A DNA stretch of 64,000 bases from Verrucomicrobiota bacterium (GCA_039818205.1 JBCBUK010000008.1:96001-160000); one strand, 5' to 3'; positions 41,349 to 51,888 are shown, numbered from the stretch's first letter. Notes: generated by a model from the letters alone, not told the origin. Translations and numbers: made by a program.

Positions 41349-42887
41349 TTAGTGTGAAGCAAGGACAGCCATAAAGTAACCGGCAACCAGCGCGGTGCCA
41401 ATTACTCCGGCAACGTTGGGTCCCATCGCGTGCATCAGGAGATAGTTTCCGGCGTCGGCCCGCTGGCCTTCAACTTGGCTTACACGAGCTGCCATCGGCA
41501 CCGCTGATACACCAGCTGAACCAATGAGTGGATTGATCTTCTTCTTGGTGACCAGGTTCATTCCTTTCGCCATGAGAATACCGGACGCCGTTGCGATACC
41601 AAAAGCGACAATGCCGAGGCAAAGAATGAATAAGGTTTCCGCCTGGAGGAAGCGATTACCCGTCATGGTAATACCCACGCTGGCGCCGAGGAAAATCGTG
41701 ACGATATTGATCAATTCATTCTGCGCAGCTTTCGACAGCCGTTGGGTGACTCCGCACTCTCGAAGGAAATTCCCCAGCATCAGCATACCGATAAGCGGTG
41801 AGGCGGCCGGCACGAGTAAGATGCAAAAAATTGTTACGATAAGCGCGAAGATTAGTTTCTCCAAGCGACTGACTTTTCGCAAGCTCTGCATTCGAATCTT
41901 GCGTTCACTTTCAGTCGTTAGCGCCCGCATGATCGGTGGTTGAATCACCGGCACCAGGGCCATGTAGCTATACGCCGCAACCGCAATTGGAGCCATCAGG
42001 TCAGGCGCCAACGCGTTGGCAAGGAAGATCGAAGTTGGCCCATCCGCCCCACCAATAATCGCGATGGCGGCGGCTTGCATCGAATCGAAAACTCCAGACC
42101 CGATCGCGCCAAGGAAGGTTGCGAAAACACCGAACTGCGCCGCTGCCCCCAGCAATAAGGTTCGCGGGTTGGCAATCAACGGTCCGAAGTCCGTGAGAGC
42201 ACCAACTCCAAGAAAAATCAACGGTGGAAAAATTTCCAGGAGGATCCCGAGCGAGATATAGTGAAAGAGCCCACCCGTGTGGTCACTATGAATACGGGCC
42301 AAGGGTTGCCCGTTCACAACTTTTTCGCCCAACGTAACGTTGACTTGAGAGATGCGGCCAGAGGCATCGGCCCAAACGAGGTAGTCATCATTCGTTACGG
42401 TGACCATCTCACTGGTTCCTTGAACCGCCCCACTCCATTCTGCTTCGATTTCGGCGATGATACTAGCGACGTCCATGGTTGGGACATCGGGTCGGATGAC
42501 GTAAAGCAAGGTGTGCATGCCCTCGTCATAGAGCGCGTTCTCGACGGCGAAAAGCTGGCGGATGCCTTCCTCGTTTAGTTTCGTGAGGTGATTGGCATGC
42601 TGTCGCTCAACTTTCGGCAAATTCACAGCCTGGCCTGGGCTCAAATTCGTAGCGATGATCGTCCCATTTACTGGACTAAAAAGTTCTCCGGCCGGTTTGT
42701 TCACCATGTTTGCCGTTGGCAAGTTTGCCAGCAAGGCCCCAAACGCAATCGGGACCAAAAGCAGCGGCTCAAATTCTTTGAAGACGGCGAGGTAAAGCAG
42801 CCCCGCCACCACGAACCACATGATGATCATTCGCCAGTCAAGGGCACCAAAGCCCGTCAGCGAGAATAACTCCACTAAGTCTTGCAT
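41349..42887 (-). CDS. mmdB: Na+-translocating decarboxylase beta subunit with about 140-aa insertion
   Basis: FEPLLLVPIAFG, TDFGPLIANP, IIGGADGPT, SAVPMAARV, AMGPNVAG. Confidence 0.92.
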   Translation of the reverse strand: MQDLVELFSLTGFGALDWRMIIMWFVVAGLLYLAVFKEFEPLLLVPIAFGALLANLPTANMVNKPAGELFSPVNGTIIATNLSPGQAVNLPKVERQHANHLTKLNEEGIRQLFAVENALYDEGMHTLLYVIRPDVPTMDVASIIAEIEAEWSGAVQGTSEMVTVTNDDYLVWADASGRISQVNVTLGEKVVNGQPLARIHSDHTGGLFHYISLGILLEIFPPLIFLGVGALTDFGPLIANPRTLLLGAAAQFGVFATFLGAIGSGVFDSMQAAAIAIIGGADGPTSIFLANALAPDLMAPIAVAAYSYMALVPVIQPPIMRALTTESERKIRMQSLRKVSRLEKLIFALIVTIFCILLVPAASPLIGMLMLGNFLRECGVTQRLSKAAQNELINIVTIFLGASVGITMTGNRFLQAETLFILCLGIVAFGIATASGILMAKGMNLVTKKKINPLIGSAGVSAVPMAARVSQVEGQRADAGNYLLMHAMGPNVAGVIGTALVAGYFMAVLASH

Positions 42888-42914
42888 GATGGTGGTATGT
42901 TGAGGGTTAACCGG

Positions 42915-43319
42915 TTAACCGATTGCCACTAAACCTTGGCCTTCCTCAACGGCATCGCCCGCGGCAACGTGAATTGCCGTGACCTTACCGGCGCATGGCG
43001 AGTTTACGATCGTGTTCATTTTCATGGCCTCGAGGGTAATTAGCTTATCTCCTTCGTTCACTGCTTGGCCCATTGACACATCGACTGATACCACCACAGC
43101 CGACAAAGGGCTGGGCACATCACCTGCGGCAGCGGGAGCAGCGTTAGACTTTGCGGGTGCAGGCGAAGCAGACGCGGGCGCGGCTGAGACCGATGCAGCG
43201 CGCCGTGGTGGCGAGCTCTTGCGTGATGCGGGCATAGCCGTGGGTTGTCCGGCTTCGTCGAGCATCTCGACTTCGACCTCATAGGTTTTACCTTCGACGG
43301 TGATGCGTAATCGTTTCAT
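42915..43319 (-). CDS. mmdC: Biotin carboxyl carrier subunit of the decarboxylase
   Basis: ITVEGKTYEVEVE, Ala/Pro linker, EAMKM biotinylation motif. Confidence 0.92.
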   Translation of the reverse strand: MKRLRITVEGKTYEVEVEMLDEAGQPTAMPASRKSSPPRRAASVSAAPASASPAPAKSNAAPAAAGDVPSPLSAVVVSVDVSMGQAVNEGDKLITLEAMKMNTIVNSPCAGKVTAIHVAAGDAVEEGQGLVAIG

Positions 43320-43337
43320 GAGAGGAGAAAATTTGAT

Positions 43338-43754
43338 TTAACGAACAGAGTGTGAGGAGAAGATGGCCCGTCGTCCTTCTTGGGCCCAGGTGTTAGAGGT
43401 TGGCGTAATGCTAACGATGCGGTGTGGCTTGTCACCGATCACTGAATGAACTGCCGCAGCAACGACCACTGCGATGCGTTTCAGTTCTTCTTCGTCGAGC
43501 TCTTCAGTTGTCCGCGGCGGATGCGGCAAAGCGTCTTCGGCGACCGCTGCTACAACTGGTTCTGGTTTTGGCGTTTTTGCTGGAGCTGGAGTTGCCTGAT
43601 CTCGAAACGCCAGGCCTATAACCTGGGTTACCGCAGCCAGAATCAGCAAAACTAGAAAAACAAACAGAAACCCGACGAGAATGAATTGTATGCTTTCGCC
43701 AAACGATGGATGCCGAGCAAGCATCGCCAAAGTTGTTGTAATTGAAGCATCCAT
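43338..43754 (-). CDS. mmdD: OadG/MmdD family membrane anchor subunit
   Basis: GFLFVFLVLLIL TM, Pro/Ala linker, IAVVVAAAV, WAQEGR. Confidence 0.8.
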   Translation of the reverse strand: MDASITTTLAMLARHPSFGESIQFILVGFLFVFLVLLILAAVTQVIGLAFRDQATPAPAKTPKPEPVVAAVAEDALPHPPRTTEELDEEELKRIAVVVAAAVHSVIGDKPHRIVSITPTSNTWAQEGRRAIFSSHSVR

Positions 43755-43774
43755 AGGGATTGATAGCTTTTGAG

Positions 43775-45328
43775 TTAGAGCGGAATGTTGCCGTGTTTCT
43801 TTGGTGGACGCGTGTCCCTCTTGGACAAGGTCGCCCGCAAGGCCAAAGCGATAGTCCCGCGAGTTTCAGCAGGTTCTATCACGTCGGTTATCATGGCGTT
43901 CGAAGCTGCTTGATACGGCGAGGCGAACTCTCCCTGATAATTCTCCACCAGCTCCTTCGTCTTAGCGGCTTTGTCTTCCGCGTCGCCAATTTCCTTACGG
44001 AAGAGAACCTTAACGGCACCCTCGCCTCCCATCACTGCGATTTCTGCTGTTGGCCAGGCAAATACCAGGTCGGCTCCCATGTCCGCGGAGCACATTGCGA
44101 GATAGGCGCCACCGTATGCTTTTCGCATGATAAGGGTGATCTTGGGCACCGTCGCAGCTGCGTAGGCAAAGAGCATTTTGGCACCGTGGCGAATAATTCC
44201 GCCGCGTTCTTGAGCAAGTCCGGGCATGAATCCCGGAACATCAACCAAGGTAACGATTGGAATATTGTAAATATTGCAGGTCCGAATGAACCGCGCTCCT
44301 TTGTCTGACGAATCGATGTCCAACGTGCCCGCTTTGAATGTTGGCTGATTGGCAACGATTCCAACAATGACGCCGCAGATGCGAGCGTATCCAACAAGCA
44401 GATTCTTGGCAAAGTCCGGCATGATCTCAAAGAAGTGACCATCGTCTACTAGGCGGTCGATAACACTGTGAACATCCAGAGGCTCTTTTGGGCTCCCCGG
44501 CACAAGTTCGTTCATCTCTGGGTCCGGGTTGAGCTCGACTTCGTAAGTGAGGTCATGTGGTGGATCTGCGAGGTTGTTGTTCGGAAGATAGGACAACAGC
44601 TCTGTGGCAAGCTCCATGGCATGCTTATCGTCGATCGCAATCATATGGATGTTTCCGCTGACCGAAGCGTGAGCTGCCGCCGAAGCAAACTGCGCAAGTT
44701 CTGCTTTTTCCCCCGTTGCCGCTTTGATCACATCCGGCCCACAAATGAACATGTTGGCGTTGGCCTCCGTCATAATGATGAAGTCCGTTAGGGCTGGTGA
44801 GTAAGCTGCACCACCCGCACAGGGTCCCGCAATAACGGCAACTTGAGGAACGACACCGGAAAGGAGGACGTTTTTAAAGAAGACCTGGCCATAGCCCGAG
44901 AGCGAATCCACGCCTTCTTGAATGCGAGCCCCTCCGGAATCATTTACTCCGACCACCGGAATACCCACTTCGTGAGCGTGCGTCATCAGATCACAGATCT
45001 TCTTTGCATGGATACGTCCGAGAGCACCGCCACCGACGGTAAAGTCCTGACTGAATGCCGCAACGGGTCTTCCGTTCACGTAGCCAGTCCCACACACGAC
45101 ACCATCGTAAGGCATGGACTTATTCTCCATTCCGAAACGGTGGCAGGTATGTTGGGCGTGCATGCCGAATTCCTGGAACGTTCCGTCTTCGAAGAAATAT
45201 TCCAAACGTTCGCGCGCCGACATTTGCCCTTTGGCCTGCCGTTTGGCGAGTTTGGACTCGCCTCCCGCCAGACGGGCTGTCTCGCGACGCTTCTTCAAAT
45301 CGTCTAATAGTGTTGGATCAATAGCCAT
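43775..45328 (-). CDS. mmdA: Methylmalonyl-CoA decarboxylase alpha (carboxyltransferase) subunit
   Basis: DSGGARIQEGVDSLSGY, GPCAGGAAYSPALTD, DVPGFMPG, KKHGNIPL; operon with biotin carrier and beta subunit. Confidence 0.88.
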   Translation of the reverse strand: MAIDPTLLDDLKKRRETARLAGGESKLAKRQAKGQMSARERLEYFFEDGTFQEFGMHAQHTCHRFGMENKSMPYDGVVCGTGYVNGRPVAAFSQDFTVGGGALGRIHAKKICDLMTHAHEVGIPVVGVNDSGGARIQEGVDSLSGYGQVFFKNVLLSGVVPQVAVIAGPCAGGAAYSPALTDFIIMTEANANMFICGPDVIKAATGEKAELAQFASAAAHASVSGNIHMIAIDDKHAMELATELLSYLPNNNLADPPHDLTYEVELNPDPEMNELVPGSPKEPLDVHSVIDRLVDDGHFFEIMPDFAKNLLVGYARICGVIVGIVANQPTFKAGTLDIDSSDKGARFIRTCNIYNIPIVTLVDVPGFMPGLAQERGGIIRHGAKMLFAYAAATVPKITLIMRKAYGGAYLAMCSADMGADLVFAWPTAEIAVMGGEGAVKVLFRKEIGDAEDKAAKTKELVENYQGEFASPYQAASNAMITDVIEPAETRGTIALALRATLSKRDTRPPKKHGNIPL

Positions 45329-45368
45329 CGCCTAAATCAGTTAGAAGTTCTATCTTAACCCGTGGGAT

Positions 45369-45776
45369 CTAGTCGTTCTTGGGCATGCAGAATTCAGTCA
45401 ACATACCATGGGTTGATTTTGGGTGGAGGAACGCGACAAGCTTATTGGCGGCGCCATCGAACGGTACTTCATGAATGAGTCGCACGCCGGAGTCGGATGC
45501 CTTCTTCAACTGCCCCTCAATGTCAGAGGTTCGAAACGCGATATGATGGATACCTTCGCCGTTCTTCTCCAAAAACTTTGCGATCGGACTGTCGTCTGCC
45601 GTTGGCTCAAGAAGTTCAAGGTGGACTTCGCCAACTTCAAAGAAGGCAGTCTTCACCTTTTGGGATTCTACCTCCTCTCTTCCGTGACACTCGAGGCCAA
45701 GTGACTCCTCGAAATATTTGGCCACTTCGTCCAGATTTTTTACCGCAATACCAAGATGGTCGATTTGCTGAATCAT
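45369..45776 (-). CDS. mce: Methylmalonyl-CoA epimerase
   Basis: IDHLGIAV, ELLEP, GEGIHHIAF, FLHPKSTHG. Confidence 0.95.
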   Translation of the reverse strand: MIQQIDHLGIAVKNLDEVAKYFEESLGLECHGREEVESQKVKTAFFEVGEVHLELLEPTADDSPIAKFLEKNGEGIHHIAFRTSDIEGQLKKASDSGVRLIHEVPFDGAANKLVAFLHPKSTHGMLTEFCMPKND

Positions 45777-45823
45777 GATTGTGTTTGGTTTATGCTCCGA
45801 CGATATCTAATTAGCATTACTTA

Positions 45824-45860
45824 CGTCAATGAATTTTTAAATTAAATTTTCTGATTGACG
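45824..45860. promoter_or_regulatory. Divergent promoter region with back-to-back TTGACG hexamers
   Basis: CGTCAAT-gaatttttaa-a-ttaaattttc-tg-ATTGACG between mce and mutA. Confidence 0.5.
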
Positions 45861-45950
45861 GAATGCATACGAAAAGCTTATCAACTTTAGCGTATAAACC
45901 AACCAACCCAACCAGCATTTGATTAGGAACATCCATCAATCAATCTAGTC

Positions 45951-48098
45951 ATGGAATCCACGAGTAACCACACACTCCTCTCGGAATTCACGGCCGCCAC
46001 CTACGACGAATGGCGGACCGCAGCCGAAAAACTACTCAAGGGCGCACCGTTTGATAAAATCATGCGGACGCCGACTCCCGAAGAAATTACGCTCGAGCCA
46101 ATCTACCGTCGCGAAGACTTAGATTCAGTGCCGGCAGCGAGTACTCTACCGGGTCAGAACGGTTTTACCCGGGGGGGCAATGCTGGAGGTTATCGTGAGG
46201 AGCCCTGGAAAATCGCGCAGGAACTTCCCTACGGTGAGCCCGCTGAGTTCAACCAAGCAGCGTTACATGATCTCAGTCGCGGTCAGGATTCATTAAACAT
46301 AATTTTTGATATCGCTACCCTAAAAGGACTGGATCCTGATCATGCCGCCGATGGCGAAGTTGGCGCTTGTGGTCTTTCGGTGGCCAGCTTGCCCGATTTG
46401 CGACGAGCCCTAAAAGGGGTTTATCCAAATGCGATTCCAATCTATTTTCAAAGCGGATGCTCCGGCCTTGCTATGCTAGCCCTGTTCCGCGCGTGGCTGA
46501 AAGAAAAACGCGACCTAGACCTAAGCGAGATCCGTGGAGCCATGGGGATCGACCCGCTAGCAATGTTGGCCGCCGCGGGCAGCCTTCCCGCGTCACTTCC
46601 TCATATCTATGATGAAATGACATGCGCAACGAAAACCTGCCGCGAGGAGACTCCGAGGTTTCTTGCCGTCGGGGTGAATACGATGCATTACCATAGTGCC
46701 GGTGCCAACGCTACCCAAGAGATTGCGATCGCGCTGGCCACCGGAGTTGAATACCTGCGTGCCCTCACGGATCGTGGCATGGCGGTTGACGATGCTTCCA
46801 AGCAAATTCGATTTACGCTTTCAATTGGACCGAACTTCTTCATGGAGATCTCTAAGTTTCGAGCCTTTAGGCAGCTCTGGTCCAACGTAATTGAGGCACT
46901 TGGGGTTTCGGTTGATTCCGAAAGTATCAACCTGCACGCGCGGACCGGATTACACAACAAAACACGGAATGATCCCTATGCGAATATGCTGCGGACAACA
47001 ACCGAAGCATTGGCTGGTGTTATTGCTGGCGTAGACAGTCTGTGCGTCGGCAGCTTCGATGAAATCATCCGGGTGCCCAATGAGTTTTCTCGGCGCGTTG
47101 CGCGCAACACCCAATTAATTCTGCAGGAAGAGTGCGAACTCACCTCAGTTATTGATCCTGCAGGCGGCTCCTGGTTTGTCGAGAACCTCACTCAAGAAGT
47201 CGCTCAGGAAGCGTGGAAAACATTTCAAGGAATTGAAGCCAGTGGCGGAATGAGTTCTGCGCTAAAGAGTGGTTTCATCCAGAAACAAATTGCGACTACT
47301 GAAGCGAAGCAAACAAAGCTCGTTGGCCAACGCCGAGTCGCGCTTGTTGGGACAAATCAGTATCCCAATCTTGGCGAAGTGCCCCTTGAGGTAACGCTAC
47401 CCGACTACAAAATCCTGCGAAAACGCCGCGCCAACGAATCGACCAGCTTCCGTCTTTCCGCGGAATCGGATATCGATTCGCAGGTCATCGGTCAACTCGC
47501 GGAGATACAAACATGCAGTTACTCCGAACTTATTCCAAAATCGATATTGGCCGTTTCCTCTGGAGCCACCCTGGGCGAATTGACCCGTACCATTAGGACT
47601 CGAGATATCGGTAAGACAGTCGAGGTTGATCCTCTCCCCAACCGTCGCCTTGCCGCGATGTACGAGGAGCTTCGGGCAGCTTCACTCGACTACCAGAAGG
47701 CCAACGGAAATTCCCCTCAGATTTTCCTCGCAAATATCGGAGCGCTTCGCCGACACAAATTGCGAGCAGACTTTACCCGAGCCTTTTTTGCAACTGGAGG
47801 TTTCGAATGCATTTATTCTCCGGGCTTCACCGATGCTGGATCTGCATCGCAGGCATTTGTCGATTCCGGTGCAGAGATCGCAGTTATTTGTGGCACCGAC
47901 GACGACTACATCGAAAGTGTGCCGACCTTTGCCGCGGCCATAAAAGAGGCAGCGCCCACCGCATCTGTGATACTTGCTGGATTCCCCGGAGAAAAAGAAG
48001 CGACCTACCGCGAAGCAGGTCTCGACGATTACATATTCGTCAAATCAGACAACTACGCAACCAACCGAAGTTACCTCGAGAAACTAGAGGTATTATAA
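45951..48098 (+). CDS. mutA: Methylmalonyl-CoA mutase small (non-catalytic) subunit
   Basis: FFMEISKFRAFR, NMLRTTTEA, DPAGGSW, VGTNQYPN; lacks the DxHxxG B12 motif. Confidence 0.9.
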   Translation: MESTSNHTLLSEFTAATYDEWRTAAEKLLKGAPFDKIMRTPTPEEITLEPIYRREDLDSVPAASTLPGQNGFTRGGNAGGYREEPWKIAQELPYGEPAEFNQAALHDLSRGQDSLNIIFDIATLKGLDPDHAADGEVGACGLSVASLPDLRRALKGVYPNAIPIYFQSGCSGLAMLALFRAWLKEKRDLDLSEIRGAMGIDPLAMLAAAGSLPASLPHIYDEMTCATKTCREETPRFLAVGVNTMHYHSAGANATQEIAIALATGVEYLRALTDRGMAVDDASKQIRFTLSIGPNFFMEISKFRAFRQLWSNVIEALGVSVDSESINLHARTGLHNKTRNDPYANMLRTTTEALAGVIAGVDSLCVGSFDEIIRVPNEFSRRVARNTQLILQEECELTSVIDPAGGSWFVENLTQEVAQEAWKTFQGIEASGGMSSALKSGFIQKQIATTEAKQTKLVGQRRVALVGTNQYPNLGEVPLEVTLPDYKILRKRRANESTSFRLSAESDIDSQVIGQLAEIQTCSYSELIPKSILAVSSGATLGELTRTIRTRDIGKTVEVDPLPNRRLAAMYEELRAASLDYQKANGNSPQIFLANIGALRRHKLRADFTRAFFATGGFECIYSPGFTDAGSASQAFVDSGAEIAVICGTDDDYIESVPTFAAAIKEAAPTASVILAGFPGEKEATYREAGLDDYIFVKSDNYATNRSYLEKLEVL

Positions 48099-48137
48099 GT
48101 AACTGCTTACAACCGAAAACATAATCTATTTCTATTG

Positions 48138-50312
48138 ATGAAAAATATTGACTTCTCCACTTTGGATTACAAAGCGCTCAGCGAAATCGGGAATATGGAG
48201 CAATGGCAGCAGGCGATCGAAGAATCGACCAACAAATCATTGGATGATCTCACGTTGGATACAATGGAGCAGATTCCAGTCAAACCGCTCTATACTGCGG
48301 AAGATTACTCAGGTATGGAGCATCTAGATTTCACCGCTGGCCTCCCACCGTACTTGCGCGGACCCTATGCAACCATGTATGTATTCCGCCCCTGGACGGT
48401 CCGCCAGTATGCTGGGTTCTCGACCGCGGAAGAATCCAATGCGTTCTACCGCCGAAATATCGCGGCCGGTCAACAAGGGCTATCGGTGGCATTTGACCTG
48501 GCGACCCACCGTGGATACGACAGCGATCACCCGCGGGTCGTCGGTGATGTCGGCAAGGCTGGAGTCGCAATCGATTCAATTGAGGATATGAAAGTTCTCT
48601 TTGATCAAATCGACCTTTCTAAAGTCTCGGTTTCGATGACTATGAACGGCGCTGTGATCCCGGTCTTGGCTTTCTATATTTTGGCGGGCATGGAACAAGG
48701 CTGTTCACTGGATCAACTTGCCGGGACGATTCAAAACGACATTCTGAAGGAGTTCATGGTGCGGAACACTTACATATACCCACCGGCTCCATCGATGCGG
48801 ATCATTGGAGATATTTTCGAGTATACTTCTAAAAACATGCCGAAGTTCAACTCGATATCGATCTCCGGATACCACATGCAAGAAGCAGGAGCGACGGCCG
48901 ACCTTGAAATGGCCTATACGCTCGCCGATGGGCTCGAATACCTGCACACGGGCGTGAACGCCGGGCTCGATGTGGATGCCTTCGCGCCCCGTCTGTCGTT
49001 CTTTTGGGCAATCGGCAAAAACTTCTTTATGGAAGTTGCGAAGATGCGGGCAGCAAGATGCCTCTGGGCCAAGCTGGTTCAGCAGTTTAATCCTAAAAAC
49101 CCGAAGAGTCTGGCTCTACGGACGCACTCTCAGACCTCCGGTTGGTCGCTCACCGAGCAGGATCCCTACAACAACGTCGTCCGCACTGCGATCGAGGCAT
49201 TTGCGGCAGCGTGTGGCCATACGCAATCATTGCATACCAACGCTCTCGATGAGGCGATTGCCCTCCCGACTGACTTTTCAGCACGCATTGCGCGAAACAC
49301 CCAGCTCTTCATCCAGGAAGAAACCGGCATGACGAATGTCATCGATCCCTGGGGCGGCAGCTATTACGTTGAGTCCCTGACCCATCAGCTAATGCAAAAA
49401 GCATGGTCACATATCGAAGAAGTTGAGGAGCTTGGAGGAATGACCAAGGCGATCGAGGAAGGCATACCAAAACTCCGTATCGAGGAAGCCGCTGCGCGGC
49501 GCCAGGCAAGAATCGACAGCAGTAAGGAAACGATTGTGGGCTTGAACAAGCACCGCCTTGAGCACGAGGATCCGCTTGAGATTCTCGATATAGACAACTC
49601 TGCAGTGCGCGACTCGCAGATCGCCCGGCTAAAGAAGCTGAAAGCAGAACGAGACAACGGCGCTTGCCGTTCAGCACTCGAAGCCATAACAAAATGCTCG
49701 GAGTCGGGTGAAGGCAATCTGCTTGAACTTGCGGTTGAAGCTGCGCGGCAACGAGCAACCCTTGGAGAAATTTCCGATGCTATGGAAAGTGTCTTCGGGC
49801 GCTACAACGCAAAAATCCGCTCGATTTCTGGCGTCTATGCGAAAGAATTTGGTGAGAACATGAACATTAGCAGTGTCAGCATGCTCGTCGAGCAGTTCGA
49901 AAAGGAAGAGGGCCGGCGCCCGCGGATCATGATTGCAAAGATGGGTCAAGACGGCCACGACCGTGGCGCGAAAGTTGTTGCCACCGCCTATGCCGATCTT
50001 GGATTTGATGTCGACATCGGCCCACTGTTTCAAACTCCAGAAGAAGCGGCACGTCAGGCAGTTGAAAACGATGTACACATCGTCGCCATGAGTTCTCTGG
50101 CGGCCGGTCACAAGACTCTGCTGCCCCAGCTGGTGAAGGCACTAACGGATCTTGGTCGCGACGACATTATGGTGGTTTGTGGCGGCGTGATTCCGGCTCA
50201 AGACTACGAGTTCCTGCTCGAGAATGGTGCGAGCGCCATCTTTGGGCCTGGTACCGTCATTCCTGAATCGGCGCGCAAGATTTTGGAACTACTCCTAGAA
50301 GGAAACGAATAA
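48138..50312 (+). CDS. scpA: Methylmalonyl-CoA mutase large (catalytic) subunit
   Basis: [26 protein letters not shown]12-binding [16 protein letters not shown]. Confidence 0.97.
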   Translation: MKNIDFSTLDYKALSEIGNMEQWQQAIEESTNKSLDDLTLDTMEQIPVKPLYTAEDYSGMEHLDFTAGLPPYLRGPYATMYVFRPWTVRQYAGFSTAEESNAFYRRNIAAGQQGLSVAFDLATHRGYDSDHPRVVGDVGKAGVAIDSIEDMKVLFDQIDLSKVSVSMTMNGAVIPVLAFYILAGMEQGCSLDQLAGTIQNDILKEFMVRNTYIYPPAPSMRIIGDIFEYTSKNMPKFNSISISGYHMQEAGATADLEMAYTLADGLEYLHTGVNAGLDVDAFAPRLSFFWAIGKNFFMEVAKMRAARCLWAKLVQQFNPKNPKSLALRTHSQTSGWSLTEQDPYNNVVRTAIEAFAAACGHTQSLHTNALDEAIALPTDFSARIARNTQLFIQEETGMTNVIDPWGGSYYVESLTHQLMQKAWSHIEEVEELGGMTKAIEEGIPKLRIEEAAARRQARIDSSKETIVGLNKHRLEHEDPLEILDIDNSAVRDSQIARLKKLKAERDNGACRSALEAITKCSESGEGNLLELAVEAARQRATLGEISDAMESVFGRYNAKIRSISGVYAKEFGENMNISSVSMLVEQFEKEEGRRPRIMIAKMGQDGHDRGAKVVATAYADLGFDVDIGPLFQTPEEAARQAVENDVHIVAMSSLAAGHKTLLPQLVKALTDLGRDDIMVVCGGVIPAQDYEFLLENGASAIFGPGTVIPESARKILELLLEGNE

Positions 50313-50331
50313 ACTAAGAATTGAGCACATC

Positions 50332-50721
50332 ATGGACACGCTGGAAATTCTCATTCAATCAAAGAAAGCAAACCCCGACCTGGCTCACGATGTTGTTTCG
50401 GCCGCAGCAGCGTGGCTGAATAAGGAACTCCGTTCCGCGGGTGTGAGCTATCACCTTGCCGACAGCGAGCATGACTTCTGTGGCTACGCAATGTTTCAGT
50501 TTCATCGAACCTGGAAAGGAACCGACATCACCCTCTTTATAAAAATAGCGGAAGTCCGCGAAACGCCCTATGTGTTCGCCGACATTCGCGTTCGAGAACA
50601 AGAGGAAAACGTGCTCTTCCCGTTTTTTGGTGAGATCGGCTCGGACGAAGGTAAAGAGATCATTCTCAATTACCTTGCGGACTTCCTGTTAAGCGTAGAG
50701 GCTAACGGACACGATCAATAG
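50332..50721 (+). CDS. Hypothetical soluble protein within the mutase operon
   Basis: 129-aa ORF, 19 nt after the mutase stop; no recognised motif. Confidence 0.65.
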   Translation: MDTLEILIQSKKANPDLAHDVVSAAAAWLNKELRSAGVSYHLADSEHDFCGYAMFQFHRTWKGTDITLFIKIAEVRETPYVFADIRVREQEENVLFPFFGEIGSDEGKEIILNYLADFLLSVEANGHDQ

Positions 50722-50796
50722 TTGAGTAATTTTTCACTCCAAGATTCAACGCAACTATCGTAGCAATGCCTGGATGCCTGGCAGCGATCATAAATC

Positions 50797-51888
50797 ATGG
50801 CAGTTGAACGACATCCTACTGAATGGACTCCGGGTGATGATCACCATGGGGCATTCAATACTGAAGTCATGTCAGGGATCTCTTCACCCCAAACGACCAA
50901 AGCGCACTCAAAGCGTCGTAAAAAGCTCTCCGCAGACGAGGCAGTTGACGGCGTTCTATCGGGTAACCGAACAATCTTAGCCCGCGCAATCACTCTCGTA
51001 GAAAGCAGAAATGAACAGGACCAGAAAACAGCACGCGAGGTTCTCCGTCGTTGCCTTCCGCACGCCGGGAAAGCAAAACGCGTAGGAATCACGGGAACGC
51101 CGGGAGCCGGGAAAAGTACCTTTATCGAATACCTCGGGTTGCAACTTTGCAATGCAAACCAACGTGTAGCAGTTCTCGCAGTCGATCCGACCAGCTCTCG
51201 CAGTGGCGGTAGTGTTCTCGGGGACAAGACGCGCATGGAGGAATTGACACGGCATGAGAATGCGTTCATCCGCCCTTCCCCCTCGGGCGGTACGTTAGGA
51301 GGAGTTGCCGCAAAATCCCGCGAAGCTATGCTGCTGTGTGAAGCGGCCGGCTACGCTGTTATCCTGATCGAGACCGTTGGCGTCGGCCAAAGCGAGATTG
51401 CCGTCCGCTCAATGGTAGACTTTTTTCTACTCTTACAAATTGCTGGTGGTGGAGATGAGCTCCAAGGCATAAAAAAAGGCGTCATCGAAATGGCCGATGC
51501 AATCGCCGTCAACAAAGCTGATGGCGACAATTTGCGGAAGGCTAAAATGGCCTGCGTTGAGTATAAACGCGTCTTGCACTATTTATCTCCATTTACGCCG
51601 GACTGGACTCCGACAGCACTAACCTGCTCCGCACAAACGGGCGAGGGAGTGGAGGAGATTTGGCAAATGGTATCCGACTTTTGCGCTATACTTGAAAAAA
51701 ATGGCGCCTTAGACCAGATTCGCTCACAACAGAATCGCCAATGGCTGCATAGTTTGCTCAAAGAAGCGGTGTTGCAAAAATTCTTCTCGCAGCCCTCGGT
51801 TTGCCAGAATCTACCTGTCATCGAGCAGCAGGTCGAGCGAGGCGAGTTGCCTGTTGTTGAGGCGGTTGAAAAGGTTTTGTCTCTTTAA
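50797..51888 (+). CDS. meaB: Methylmalonyl-CoA mutase-associated GTPase MeaB
   Basis: GITGTPGAGKST, AVDPTS, GDKTRM, ETVGVGQSE, NKADG. Confidence 0.96.
   Translation: MAVERHPTEWTPGDDHHGAFNTEVMSGISSPQTTKAHSKRRKKLSADEAVDGVLSGNRTILARAITLVESRNEQDQKTAREVLRRCLPHAGKAKRVGITGTPGAGKSTFIEYLGLQLCNANQRVAVLAVDPTSSRSGGSVLGDKTRMEELTRHENAFIRPSPSGGTLGGVAAKSREAMLLCEAAGYAVILIETVGVGQSEIAVRSMVDFFLLLQIAGGGDELQGIKKGVIEMADAIAVNKADGDNLRKAKMACVEYKRVLHYLSPFTPDWTPTALTCSAQTGEGVEEIWQMVSDFCAILEKNGALDQIRSQQNRQWLHSLLKEAVLQKFFSQPSVCQNLPVIEQQVERGELPVVEAVEKVLSL

Noticed and set aside
45897..45913. AACC short tandem repeat
   Set aside because: Short and imperfect; similar A/C-rich tracts precede other starts here, so more likely an unstructured translation-initiation region than a phase-variable repeat
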